Assembly: GCA_004431415.1 (NCBI GenBank)
Contig: QPMI01000345.1
Span: 1-50,817 of the forward strand
DNA length: 50,817 bases
Reading direction: 5' to 3'
From: Cyanophora paradoxa CCMP329
Taxonomy: Eukaryota; Plantae; Glaucophyta
Shown: in pieces, positions 9,401 through 22,132 of the stretch
Layout: every line of letters starts with the position of its first letter
Position numbering within the stretch: position 1 is the stretch's first letter
Translations under genes and position numbers: made by a program
Notes under the pieces: generated by a model
The model's input: the letters and a program-made list of their open reading frames with translations, nothing else
Database searches by the model: none
What the model was told of the DNA's origin: nothing

Positions 9401-12400
9401 GCCCGGGCCGCGCGCCGCTCCCGCTCCCCGGCCGCGCGCCGCTCCTGCTCCCGCTCCCGCGCCGCGACCCCGGCCGCGGCCACGGCCGCGCCCACTGGGG
9501 ACGGCGGCGCGGCCGCCGGGTTTGGGGGCCGGCGGCTGGCGCCCCGGGGCCGCCGGCGTGTCGACGTCCATACTCTCGGGCCCATCGTGCGCGGGCTCGG
9601 CCTTCACGGCCACCAGCGCGGCCGCCTCGGGGACGCTCGTCTGCGGGAGGAGCGGGACCGCCGGCGAGGCGATGATGACCGGCCCCGGGGGCGCGCGGGG
9701 GGCGCCCAGCGGCGGCCTCGGGAGCTGCGCCGGGGTGGGGACGCGGATGTTGGGGTCGACGGGTGCCGCCTTGCGGGGGGGCTCGGGGGCGAGCTCCTTG
9801 GGGATCTGCCTGCCGGACGCCGACGCGAAGGCCATCGCCAGCGGCGGCAGCGGCACCGAGACTCGCGGCGCCGCCGCGGCCGCCTTCGCGCCGGCCGGAA
9901 CGGGTGGGACGGGTGGGACAAGGGCCGGGGCAAAAGCCGGAATGGGCGGGGCCAATGCCGGAACGGGCGGGGCCAAAGCCGGAACGGGCGGGGCAAGAAG
10001 AGCCGATGCCACCGCGGGCGGGGCCGGAACGGGCGGGGCCAAAGCCGGAACGGGCGGGGCAAGAAGAGCCGATGCCACCGCGGGCGGGGCCGGAACGGGC
10101 GGGGCCAGGCTGGGCGTCGCCGGCACAGGTGCAGCCGGAACGGGCGGGGCCAGTGCGGGTGTGATCCAAGCGGGCGCGGTCGGAGCGGGCGCGGGGGGAA
10201 TCGGAGCCGCTTGCACGGTTGGGGCTGAGGGTACGGCAGGAGCAGATGCGGCCGCCGCTGGCATGGGGCTGCAGGTTTCCGAGCACTCCAGAGGGCCAGG
10301 TGAGTCCCAGAAGAACGACTCGCCGCTGTCGCTGTCGCTGTCGCTGTCGCTCTCGTCGGTGCCGTCGCTGCAGCCCGGCGCCGGGTGATCCACGCCGGCC
10401 GTGGGGCCGGAGTCGGGCTCCGGCTCGCCCCGCCTGCGCTTGAGACGCCTCCGATCGTCCTCGTCCTCGTCGCCCTGGCCGCCGCCTCCGCCGCCGCCGC
10501 CGCCGCCGCCGCCCCCGTTGCTCCCGTCGCCTCCACTGCCGCCGCTGGCGCCGCCGCCCGAGTTGCCACCGCCGCCGCCGCCGCCATCGCCGCCGCCGCC
10601 GCCACCACCACTGCCGGGGCCCCAGTCGGGCTCGCCCTCGCCCTCGTCCTCCTCGTCGACGTCGCTGCCGTAGTCGTCGTCCTCGTCCTCCGTCTCCCGC
10701 TTCCGCCGCTTCCCCTTGCCCCGCCCCGAGCGCCGCCGCGGCTGCAGCACGGGCAGCGACGGCATCTCGTCGGCCGCCGAGCCGATCTCGACGGGGGCGC
10801 CGCCGCGGGCGCGCTGGAGGGCGGCGATGGCGGCCTCGGAGTCGGGGGCGGCGCGCTGGAGGTAGCTGGCGCGCGCGTGCAGGTAGTAGCGGACGACGCG
10901 CTCCACGGAGATCGCCAGCTTCCGCACGCTCCGCATCACATCCTCCGCCGTCGCCACGCCGTCGCTCCTGCCCGCCCCCGCCCCGTCACCGGCCCCGCGC
11001 GCGGCGGCTGGGCGGCCGGCGGGCGCGGGCGCGCACGGGAGGTGGGTGTCGAGGTGGCGCGTGTGCCCGCCGTGGACCTGGTGCCGGTCCTGGCCCCAGT
11101 TCCGCGAGACGAAGAGCTCGTAGGGGGAGCAGGGCGGCATGGGGGCGGGCGGGACGATGCGCAGGCGGTCCGCCCGGTTGCGGGGGTCCTCCCCCACCGA
11201 CGAGGGGCGGGCGCCCGAGTCGGAGTGGCCTTCGCCCTCCTCGTCGGGGCGGCGGCGGCGGGCGCCGCGGTGGCCGAAGCGCCAGGGCCGCTCGACCTCG
11301 AGCTGCTCCCAGGAGCGCAGCTCGAGGTCGCGCCAGAAGGCGCGGGCCTCCTCGAGAGAGGCGGCGAGGTGGTAGAGGCGGTGCGGGCCCTCCGGCGCCT
11401 CCAGCGCCACGCTCTCCGTCAGCGCGCACGCGTCGAAGTAGGACATGCCCGTCGGGTACTTGGCCTCCGGGTCCTGCTGCGGCGCCTCCGCCCCGGCCGG
11501 CAGCGACTCGGAGTCGAGGCGGGCGAGGCCGAGCTTGGCGAGGAGCTGGAAGAGGTGCTTGAGGCGGTACGGGGCGTGCGCGGGGCGCCCGAAGAAGAGG
11601 CGCCGGAGCACGGGCGGCGCCTCGGCGACGCTCTGGCGGCGGGCGATGGCGGCGTCGATGGCGGCGGCCTCCTCGGGCGACGTGCGCTGCACGCCGACGA
11701 GGCGGAGGTAGAGGAGCACGGGCATGCGCTCCAACACGTCCCGCACCACGAAGTAGCACCGCGCCGGGTCGCTCTTGTCGTCCCCCGCCGTCAGCGCCGG
11801 CGCCGCCGGCGCCCCGACCGCCGCCGCGTAGGGCGCCTCCACGGCGGCGCTGACCGCCGGCTGCGGCGCCGGCGCCGGCCCGAGCAGCGCCTGCATGAGC
11901 GTGGGCGTGGCGGGGACGCCCTGCGCCGACACCTCCTCGGGGGCGTGCTCGGGGATGGCGGCGGAGACGACGATCTGGCCGGGCGCGGCGGCGGGGCGGG
12001 CCTGCGACTGGAGGCGCCAGCCGCAGCCGTCCATGTCCGCGTACTCGTCCTCGTCGCCGGGGCCAAGGGCGACGCCGCGGTGGAGGAGGGCGAGGCGCCA
12101 GAGGTAGAGGTGCAGGGCCCGAATCCGCACCAGCTTGGCCGCCGCGAAGCCCTGCAGCAGCGTCTCCGCCTGCTGCAGCGTCTTCTCGTCCGGCTCCTCC
12201 TCGCCGCCCGTGCCGGCCCCCGAGTACTCGCCCTGCTGCCCGGCCTCGCCGCGGGGCCCCGCGCTGGAGCGGCCCCCCGCGCTGCGGCGGTAGGAGCGGC
12301 GGGTGCTGGGCGGGGCGACGCCGAAGCCGGCGCCGCTCGTGCGGGCGATGTCGGCGCTCGAGATCTCGGGGATGGGGCCCGCGAAGGGGACCTTCTCCTC

Positions 12401-15400
12401 CTGGGCCTGGTAGAGGGGCGCGACGGCGAGCTTCTTAAGCTTGATCATGTAGTCCCGGAGGAGGGGCGAGGCCTCGTCCACGTCGGGCGCCAGGCAGACC
12501 TTGTACGTCCGCGTGCCCCCCGTGGAGAGCGGCGTCGTGCTCGTCGTCATCTTGATCCGCCCCTCCTCCTCCAGGCTCTTCAGGATCCGGTTCATCGTCC
12601 GCTTGTCGATCCGCTCCCCGATGTTCTCCGCCTCTGCCCCCGCGCCGCGCTCAGCGGGGCGGGCGGGGGCGGGGCGGGGCGGGGCGGGGCGGGCACTCTC
12701 GATGGAGCGGGCGAGGTCGTAGACGACGACGGTGCGCTCGGCGAGGACGCGCGCCAGCACGTGCTCCCGCCTCGTCAGGAAGTTCGACGTCCCGAAGAGC
12801 CGCGATGGCCCCGCCCCGGGCCCTGGGCCCCGCCCCGGCACCGCCAGCGGCGCGGCGGCGGCGGCGGCGGCGACGAGGGGCGAGGAGGCGGCGGCGTAGG
12901 CGGCGTGCGGGTCGTAGGCGGCCTGCTGGAGGTCGGCGGCGGGGATCACGGTCGGCAGGCCCCCGCGAAGCCGCCGGCCTCCACCTGGAGCAGCGAGGCG
13001 TCCGGCGCCGCCCCGGCCGGGGCGGCGAGGCCCGGGTCGGGCTGCTGCGCGGGGCGCCCGCGCCGAAGAAGGGCGACCGCTGCGCGCCGGGCATGGGGCC
13101 CGCGCGGCGAGGCCGGCGCGGGACGGGAGCGGCTGGGGCGCCGAGGGCGGCTGGGAGAAGAGGCCGCCGGCCCGCGGGGCATGGGCGCGGACAGGGGCAC
13201 GGGCGTCCGCATGGCCAGGACGGCGGCGGCCGACGGGGCCGGGATGGGCGCGGGAGGAGGGGCCCCGCCGCCGCCGAAGCCGAAGATGGAGGGGACCTGG
13301 GTGATGCGGGAGCCGGCGGGCTGCGGCGCCGGGTGCGCGGGGGCGGCGGAGAGCGGGGCGGCCATCATCCCGGGGTGCGCCTGGTGCGCGGGGGCCATCG
13401 CCGCGTAGGCCGGCATGGCGAGGCCGGCGTGCTCGGGGGCCACGTGGACGGCGAGCGGGGCGGGCACGGGCTCCGGGAGCGGGGCGCTCACGGGCCCGGG
13501 GGTCGGGTCGAGGATCGGGGGTGGCGGGGGGAAGGGGACCCCGAACTCGTCGCCGGGCATGGGGACGGGGGCGGGGAGGCCCTCCTGGGGCAGGGGGACC
13601 TCGTGGAAGGCGGGGACCAGCACGATCGCCGGCCCCGCCTCCTGGCCCGCCTCGGCCGCCGTGGCCGGGCTCTCCAGCCCGCCCTCGCCGCCCTCGCCAC
13701 GCCGCCGCCCCCCGCCGCCTCTCTTCGGCCCGCCGCCGCGCAGGCGCAGGACGGCCGGCTCCGGAGCGTCGTGGGGGGGAACGGCAAAGGGACTGTCTTC
13801 TTCAACGGTCTTGGGGGTATTCATGTTCTGACCGGGGCACACCCCTCCGCGCACCCAGTCAGCCGGTCGGAAAAAACTGCGCGCCGCCGCTGTCGGGGGC
13901 CGGCTGGTCGGCGCCGGGCGCCGGGGCGTAGTGCCCGGCCTGCTGCGCCGCCTCCGGGTGCCCGTGCACCCCCGCGTGCTCCACCGCCCCCTGCGCAGCG
14001 TAGTGCGCCGGCGCCGGGGGCGGCGCGTAGTGCCCGCCGTGCTGCGCCTGGGCCGCCTCCTGGGCGGCGTAGTGGGCGGCGTGCTGGGCCGCCTCCTGCG
14101 GGGCGTAGTGGCCCTGGTGGGCGACGTGGTGCCCGTACTCGCCGTGCTGGGCCGCGTGCTGCTGGGCCTCGTGGTAGGCCGCCTGCTGCTGCTGCTGCTG
14201 CTGCTGGTAGTGCTGCTGCTGCAGGGAGGCGTCGTAGTACGCCATCGCCTCCGGCGGCGCGCCGTACTGCTGCTGCTGCGCCTGCTGCTGCTCGGCGGGG
14301 ACCATCGCGCCGGCGGCGGCCGGGTCCGTGAGCATGGCGACCGACGCGGCGGCCGGCGGCGAGGGCGCCATGCCCGGCAGCTCGATGCCCGACTTCTTCA
14401 GCTCCTCGGTGAGGCGCGTCTTCTTCCAGCTCTGGTACATGTTGCGCTGCACCAGCTCCTGCAGCTCCGCCGGCGCCCGGTCCTGGTAGTACCGGTGCGC
14501 CACCAGCCGGTACTGCGACTGCCGCCCCGTCTGCCGGCCCCCGCGCGTGAGGCGCGAGGCGAGCACGCCGGCGCGGCGTGGGCCCCGGACCTTCTCTGCG
14601 ATGGCGAGGACGCCGTAGTTGGAGATGAGCCGCTTCGTGATCTCGTACAGCCACTTCTGGTCCACGCCCAGGTCGCTGTACAGGTCCTGGTGGGCGCAGG
14701 CGACGCGATGAGAGGAGAGGAGAGAGCGGCGGGCGGGGCGCAGAGGGCGCACGGGGTGGGTGGTGCCGTCGGGCCCGGCCTCCTCGATGCGGTCCAGGAC
14801 CTGCTGCTCGACGAAGATCTCCGCCCGCAGCTTCTCCACGTCGTCGTCCATCGCCTCCTGCGCCCGCTTCATGTCTGCGCCGCCCCCGCCGGCCTCAGCG
14901 GTGGCGCCCCGCGGTGGAGGCGCGCGCCGCCCCCGCGCACCGTCGTCGCTCCACTGCTTGAGGCTCTTCACGCAGGTCACGAGCTTCTTGCCGTCCAGCT
15001 TGAAGCGCGTCTGTCGCCGGCGTCGGCGCTGGCGGCGCGGCCGGCGCCGGGAGCGGCGGCGGCGCCCCGCACCATCTCGACGAGTCCCATCTTGATGAGC
15101 TTGCGCTTGATGCGGTTCCACGAGCGCGCCTGCTTGCGCTTGTTCCCGGGCAGTTTCTGGCGGCGAGGTGGGCCTCGGGGGCGGGCGGGCGGGAAGCACG
15201 AGGGGGCCGAGAGGCGCACGAGGGTCGCCTTGATGTCGCTCTCGATGAGGAGGCCGTTGTGCGTCTTGCCGAGCAGCTGGCACACCTCCTTGCACATCTC
15301 CGGGTCGCGGGCCAGAACGAAGGCGCCCTCTGCGGCCGCCCCGCTCAGCGACGCCGGCCGGCGCGGCGCGGGGGAGGGGCGGCCGCGCGCCCTGCGCCTC

Positions 15401-16728
15401 GTCCTCGTCCGAGTCGCCCTCCTCGTCCTCCTCGCCGCCCTCGCCCTCCTCCTCCCCCTCCTCGTTGCTCTTGCGCTTCCGGCCGCCGGCGCCGCCCGCG
15501 CGGGAGGAGGCCCCCTGGGCCGGCGCCCCCGCCACCGGCCCCGACGGCGCGAAGCGCTTGATGTGCATCAAGTTCGTGTGAGACGAGAAGTTCCCCTGCC
15601 CGCTCGCCGACTGTGGCTGCTGGGCGCGGTTCAGGATGATCTGCTGCCGCACACTGCGCGGGGAGGGGCGCCGTCAGCCCGGGCGGCAGAGCGGACAGCG
15701 GCAAAGGGCGCACATGAGGTTCGCAGATTCGAGGTTCCGCAGGTGGTGGAACAGGTTGCGTGGCTCGATCTGCGGCCGTCGATCGGGGGCGGCGGACTTG
15801 GCGTCCGTGAGGGCTCTGGCGGACCTCGAAGATCTTGGAGACTTCCATCTGCATCGCCCCCTCGCGGCGGCGCCGCCCGATGAACTCGAGAATGGTGTAC
15901 TGCAAGTCCGTGATCGGCTTCTCGGGCTGCCAGCGTGTGAATGAAGCGCCTGTGCGAGGAGAAGGGGAAGGCGCACATCGTGAACGCCCAGCGCGCTCTC
16001 CCGGATAGGCTGCGTTGCGACCATACGGAGCGACTCCTCGTACTGCTGCATAAGCTCGTGCACCGGCCGCGCGAGGATGGCCCTGTCGGGGACCGGCTGG
16101 AAGGCGAAATCGCGCTTTCCGCGAGCCCTGCGCGACCTGTAAGAGCCACGGAAGAAACAAAAAACAAAGCGAAACCCGGAACGTACACGCTCTCCTTGTC
16201 CTTTGCAGCGTTCGAGCCAGCCAAACCCACACTGGCCCCGCTCTTGCGGGAGCCCTTCTTGCCCTTCTCGTCAGCACCTTGCCCCGGCAGAAGAGGGCCC
16301 GTCTGTGAAGCGAGAGGCTAGGTTACGGCGCGCGCGGCGCGAAGGCAGCTGGCGCTTGCGGACCTGGAAGATGAATTCGATTTCAGGGCGCTCCCGCAGT
16401 TCCCGCCAGATCCACTCCTTGACTCCATCGTCAATCTTGCCCTTGAACACACTGGCGACGTCCTCGCTTTGTGCCAGGCGCGAGAAGAGCGTCGACAGCG
16501 AACAACCTACGGCATCGCGGTCGTCGGAAATTTGCAGAACCACCCGCCATTGGGGCGCGAATTCAAGCGCACGGGGCGCCCTGCACTAGCCCGTTCGCCC
16601 GGAACGCCGCGTTCAAGGCCCGCCCCCACCGAGGTTCGAACCCAACACGCACCTTGCAAGCCCTCCAGCGCAACCTCCTGCACGCTAGCGAGCAGGAGGC
16701 TCGGCAAGTCGCAGGCCCCGGCCGCCAT
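6462..16728 (-). CDS. GTF3C1: General transcription factor IIIC subunit 1 (B-block binding, TFC3/TFIIIC220-like), very large multi-exon gene
   Basis: N-terminal LASVQEVALEGLQG-CSLSTLFSRL; B-block region LQYTILEFIGRRRREGAMQMEVSKIFEIEPRNLFHHLRNLESANL, HTNLMHIKRF; winged-helix-like IDKRTMNRILKSLEEEG; QGFAAAKLVRIRALHLYLW. Several apparent frameshifts in GC runs. Confidence 0.85.
9895..10150 (-). repeat. Coding minisatellite in GTF3C1: 21-nt (ALAPPVP) units nested in a duplicated 66-nt (22-aa) unit
   Basis: Repeated GCCGGAACGGGCGGGGC; ALAPPVPAPPAVASALLAPPVP occurs twice. Confidence 0.85.
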
Positions 16729-16809
16729 GCTGGAATGAGCCAATCGAGCCGATCGCTCGCTGCTTCTGTGCGGAGTCGCGTCTGTCTGGGGGGGTAGAGG
16801 CTGACAAAG

Positions 16810-19800
16810 ATGATGGGCCCCCGCGGCCGGCTGGTCGCCCCCGAAGAAGACGACGATGGTCGCGGCGACTTCGAAGAGACCTGGGGCAGGAGGTGCGCCC
16901 GAGCCAGCGCTCCCGCCTCGTTCCCGGTCGGCTAGCGCTTGTTAGGGAGCACGCATGGGAGCGCGCACGTGAGCACGTCTAGCACAGGATGCGCCTGTTC
17001 TGGTGCGCGGCGCGGGTCATGTGCGGCTACAAGTTGACGAGGAAGGTTCATGCACATGCACGAGCGATTTCACGCGGCTAATGCTTCGCGCTCTCAGAGG
17101 GACCAGTGGATGAAGCCGGCTGGCCAGGGACCTAATGATAGCACGCCGGAACAAGATCGCATGTGGCACGCACGCCGGCCGCGGTCCGGTGGTCATACGC
17201 GTCGCCGCATCTTGACGCGCCGCGCCTCCGCAGGGAGGCAGCGCACCGCAAATATTCCAAACTGATCCTCAATACGATCACGAAGGAGCGCGGCTTCTGG
17301 GGTGCACGCGCTCGCGGGCGCTAGCGCTCCGTGCGCTCCATCGCGCGCCGGGCACGTGTCACAGCGTGGGGCGCAGTGAAGACGGGCCAGTACATGTCTT
17401 CGAGGGCGGACGTGCTGCCGAAGCCGTACATCGAGGAGCTGGCGCGGCTGCAGGACGCGCTGCCGCCGCACCCGATGAAGGAGATCCTGCAGACGCTCGA
17501 GGAGGAGCTCGCCGCCTCGGGGCGCACCGTAGCCGACACCTTCGAGCGCATCGACCCGGAGCCCCTCGGCGCCGCCAGCATCGCGCAGGCGCGCGCCCTC
17601 CTGCGCCCTGCGCCCTGCGCCCTGTACCGTCGGCCCACGCGCGCGCAGGTTCACCGGGCCTGGGTCAAGGGCACGGGCGAGGAGGTGGTGGTCAAGGCGA
17701 GTGCGGTGCGGCGTCGCCCCGGCCCGCGACTTTGACGCACCCGCGCAGGTGCAGCACCGGGGCATCGCGCGGCAGCTCAAGCAGGACCTCAGGACCCTGA
17801 TGGACATCATGAGGGTGAGCGCCGGCCGCCCCCGCCGCCTCCTCCTCCTGCGCCGCGCTGACGTGCCGCGCGCCGGGGGCAGGCGGTGGCGTACTTCGAG
17901 CCGCAGTTCGACTTCCGGGTGCTGATGGAGGAGTGGAACAAGGAGGTCTCGAAGGAGGTCGACTTCGAGAACGAGGCGCGCCCCGCTCGCCCCCGCCCGC
18001 GCCGGCGCCGCGGCCCCTCGAGCTCGAGCCCCCGGGGCGCGCGCGCGCGCGCAGGCGAAGAACACGATCGACGTCGCCAACGAGTACGCCCTCTCCGTCG
18101 CCCAGGCCGCCGTGCGCATCCGTGGCGCGCTGCCCGCTCCCCCGCCTCCCCTGATCCCCGCACCTCCGGGGCGGCAGTCGCGGCAGGGCGCGCTCGAGGA
18201 GGTCGGGTTCGACCCGCTGCCCCCCATCGTGGCCCGCATCCCGTGCGCCCCCCGTCTCCCCTCCCCTCCCGCCTGGTCCGGCCCGCTGCTCACGGGATCG
18301 CCGCGGCAGGCGCGTCGTGGACTCGCTCGTATCCAGGCGCCTCCTCACCATGCACTTTGTCGACGGGTGCGCGGGCCTCCCGCCCCCCGCCCCTCGCCGG
18401 CGCCCCGCCGGGCGGGCCGACGTGGACGCCGGGCAGGGTGAAGGTGAACGACGTGCGGCGGCTGGAGGAGTGGGGCGTGGACAAGGAGAAGCTCGTGCGG
18501 CACGTCTTCGAGGCGTACGCGCACCAGATCCACATCGGCGGCCTCGTCAACGCCGACCCCCACCCGGGCGAGCCCTGGCCCCAGCCGCCCGCCCCGCTGC
18601 CGCCCCGGCGCCGGCTGACGGGGCTTGGGCAGGGAACATCCTGGTGGTGCGGGACGCGGAGCACGGGGCGGTCCCCGTGCTCCTCGACTTCGGCCTCGCC
18701 AAGCGCCTCGCCCCCAAGGCCCGCCCGCCCCGCGCGCCCCCCGCGCGCCCCCCGCTCGCCCCCCGCGAGCGCCGCCCGCCTCAGGTGCGGGTGGCGTTCG
18801 CGCGGCTCGTCTACTCCGTCGCCACCGTCGACTACGCCGGTCTCCTCCGCGCCTTCGACGTCCGCCCCGGCCCCGCTCCACCGCCCCGCCCCGCCCCCGA
18901 CGCGGCGCCCAGGAGCTGGGCTTCGTCCTGAACCCCGCCGACCCGGCGTCCAAGGACCCCTCTGTCGCCATGCGCATCATGCGTGCGCCTCTCCCTTCCC
19001 CTCCCTCTCTTCTCCTCGGAGCGACGTGCCCGGCAGGCTTCTGGATGCGCCGCAGCGCCACGCGGGACGAGGAGGTCGCCGAGATCAGGAAGTGCCCCTA
19101 CTCCCCGCTCCCTTGCCCTCGCCCTCGCCCCAGGCTGAAGCCGTGCCCCGGCAGGTACAAGGCGGAGCGGGACGAGATCATCGAGAAGGACCCGTGCGCG
19201 CCGCCCTCCGCCGCCGCCGCCCTCGCCGCCTGAAGGGGCGCGGGCCTCGGGGCAGGGCGGTGAAGCGGATGCCGGTGGACGCGTTCCCCGCGGAGCTCAT
19301 CTTCGTCTTCCGCGTCTTCCAGCTCCTCCGCGGTACCCCCGGGGGCCCCCGGCCCGCGGCCCCTCCCGCCCCTGACAGCCGGCAGGCCTCTCGACGGCGC
19401 TGGGGGTGCGCAGCTCGTACATCTACGCCTTCGCGCCCTACGCCAAGCGCGCCCTGCTCGAGACCGTGCCCCCAGAGGCCCGCGCCAAGACCATCGTCTG
19501 GCCCTCCCCCTCCCCCGGGCCCCTCGACGCCAAGGCACGTCCCCGCACCCTCCCCCCTCGCAACGCCCTCACGCCACGCCCCGGCACCCTCGCACCCTCC
19601 CCCCTCGCCACGCCCTCTCGCCGGCACAGGTCCGGGCCCTGCTCGAGGAGCTCTACAAGACCAAGAAAGTCACCGGCATCCAGGCGCGCCCGCGTCCGCG
19701 CTCTCCGCGCCCTGGATCCCCTCACCCCAAGCTTCCGCCGGGCAGGTGTACGCCTGGAAGGACGGCCGCACCGTCGTCGACTGCTGCGCCGGCTCGCCCG

Positions 19801-22132
19801 GCCCCTCCCCTCCGCCGCCCCCGCCCGCTCCTGACCGCCCCGTAGGGACGCTCTCGGACGTGGACCTGCGGCCCGTGCGCCCCGACACCCTCTTCAACTG
19901 CTGGTGGGCCCCTCCTGCCTTCCCTCCCTCCCGCCCTCCCTCCTCTCATGCGCGGCAGGTCGGTGACGAAGTCGGTGACGGCGCTCGCGGCGCACATCCT
20001 CCTCGACGAGTGCGCCCCGCCGGGCCCCGCCGCCCCGGCCCGCCTTGAGCTTCCTCTCTGAGGCGCCCTCCCAAGGGGCCTGCTGGACGCGACGCGCCTC
20101 GTGACGGACTACTGGCCGACCTTCGCGGGGCCCTCCCCCGCCCACGCCCCCAAGCGCCGCACCCGGGCCCGCCCCGCCCTCCCTCGCCCTCCCGCGCGCG
20201 CCGGTGACGGGGCGGGCCGGGGCGCGGGTGCAGGTGTTCCACCTGCTGACGCACACGGCGGGGCTCGCGAACGCGATGCCCGAGGACCTCTCCCACGAGC
20301 GCCTCGTCGACTGGCCCGCCATGGCCCGCCCCCAGCCTCCCTCCCTTTCCCCCCCCCCCTCCTCCGCGCTCTGACCGGGGCGCGCGGCCAGCTTCGCTGC
20401 ATGGAGGAGGCGACCCCCGAGCACGAGCCGGGCGGTGCGCCCCCCTTCCCTCCCCCAGCGGCCCCCCGCCGAGGCCTCGGCAGAGTCGGCGGCGTACCAC
20501 TACCTGACCTTCGGCTGGCTGGTGGGCGGCCTCGTCGAGAAGGCCCTCGCCCTCGCCAAGCGGGGCACCTCCTTCCGCGACTTCGGCGCGCCCGCGCCGG
20601 CGCCGGCCCCCCGCCCCCCGCCGCGCCCTCCTGGCTTACGGCCCGCGCGCAGTCCGCACGCGCATCGCCGAGCCGCTGGGCGTCGCCGTGCGCCCGCCGC
20701 GGCCCGCCGCGGGCCTCCAGACTCGCCGCCGGCCCCGCCGCTCACGCGGGGGTACCGGCGCAGGGCGAGTTCCACATCGGGATCCCCCCGGGGCCGAGGA
20801 GCGCGCGGCGAGCCTCGTGAACGGTGCGCGCCGCGCCGCCCCTCTCCCCCGCAGCCCCGCCGAACCGAACGCGTGCGGGCAGGGTACGTGGAGCAGTTCG
20901 TGGAGAGCCACGGGATCGCGAAGGCGGGGGGATGGACGCGATGGAGGCCGTGATGGACCCGCAGGCCGCCGGCGAGCGCGGCATCGCCGACGAGGCCCCC
21001 GACGCCGCCGAGGACGGGGCCGGGCCGGGGCGGGGCGGCGCAGGGCGGCCCCGCGGCTCCCGCTTCGTGCGCAACCTCGCCAGCGACCCGCGCCTCGGCG
21101 GCCTCGCCAAGCGCGTCATGTGCGCCCGGGGACCTGCCCGGCCGCCCGCCCCGCCCGAGCGCCGGCTCCGCCTGCGTGACGGCTGCGGGGGGCAGGGAGA
21201 GGCCGTGGCTGGCGGACCCGCTCTTCTTCAACTCGCTGCAGGTGCGGCGCGCCGTCATCCCCGCCGCCAACGGTCCGCCCCGCCCCGCCCCCGCCTCCCC
21301 TCCCCCCCCGCCCTCACCGCGGCGCAGGGCACTTCTCGGCGCGGGCGCTCGGCGCGATGTACGCGTGCCTGGCTGGCGGTGGGGTGATCGCCGGCTCCGG
21401 GGGCGGCTCTGCGAGGGCGGGGCGGCTGCTCTCGGAGGGGCAGCTGGCGGAGCTGCCGTCGACGGCGCTGCTGGGCGCGCAGCAGCCGCTGGAGATGTCG
21501 GGGACGACCTTCGGCATGGGCTTCATCCGCGTCCCCTTCGAGGGGCCCGCCCCCGGCGAGCGCCGCACCGCCTTCGGCCACGGCGGCCTCGGCGGCAGGC
21601 CCGCCCCGCCCCCTCCCCCCTCCCGCCCCCGGGCCCCGCACGGTTGGCGTGGCTGACGCGTGGAGCACGCCGCAGCTACGCGATGTGCGACCCCTCGAAG
21701 CGCTTCGCGGTGCGCCGCGCCCGTACCCCCCCTGTCTGCCCCCTGTGACGCCCCGCGGCCGCCAGCTCGCGGTGGTCATCAACAGGATGACCCAGGCGCG
21801 CGCCCCCTCTCCCCGCCCCCCGCCCCCCGCCCCCAGCCTGAGGCCCTGGGGCAGCACATGGAGGGGACGCACGCGGTCGTCAACCTCGTCTGCCAAGAGC
21901 TCGGCGTCGGCCAGGTTCGCTCTCTTCTGTTCTGTTCCCGAGGCCCCCGCCGCAAATTAAAGGCTGCGGCCGGCTGACCGCGCCCCCCGCGTGCAGGTGC
22001 TGCGCTTCAAGGAAGACACGGTGCCCCCGAGGCATGCGCGGCCCCCTGCTCTCCTGCTCACCCCGCCCCCTCGCCCCGCAGACGACCTCGCTGCGCGGCG
22101 TCCTCCCCGGCGCCTCGCCCCCTGCCCGATGA
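16810..22132 (+). CDS. ABC1/ADCK (UbiB-family) atypical kinase fused to a C-terminal serine beta-lactamase-like domain, about 37 exons
   Basis: ABC1 motifs FWVKTGQYMSSRADVLP, PLGAASIAQVHRA, VVVKVQH, EVDFENEA, NADPHPGNIL, LLDFGLAK; beta-lactamase motifs TLFNCWSVTK (SxxK), VFHLLTHTAGL, AYHYLTFGW, IPAANGHFSARAL, FGHGGLGGS. The same fusion architecture is known from land plants. Confidence 0.93.

Noticed and set aside
12940-13130. Apparent frameshifts in GTF3C1 (also near 27650, 31530, 40550 and 44050) as programmed frameshifting or pseudogenes
   Set aside because: They fall in G/C runs, some within essential genes; sequencing indels or unrecognised introns are more likely. Raw reads are needed to decide.
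6462-13408. Very long overlapping ORFs on opposite strands or frames (e.g. 1274 aa, 1007 aa)
   Set aside because: Stop codons are scarce in DNA this GC-rich; the products are Arg/Pro/Gly/Ala noise or antisense shadows of the real gene.
19870-21900. Beta-lactamase domain as an antibiotic-resistance gene or bacterial contamination
   Set aside because: It is intron-rich and fused to an ABC1 kinase, an architecture already known in plants.
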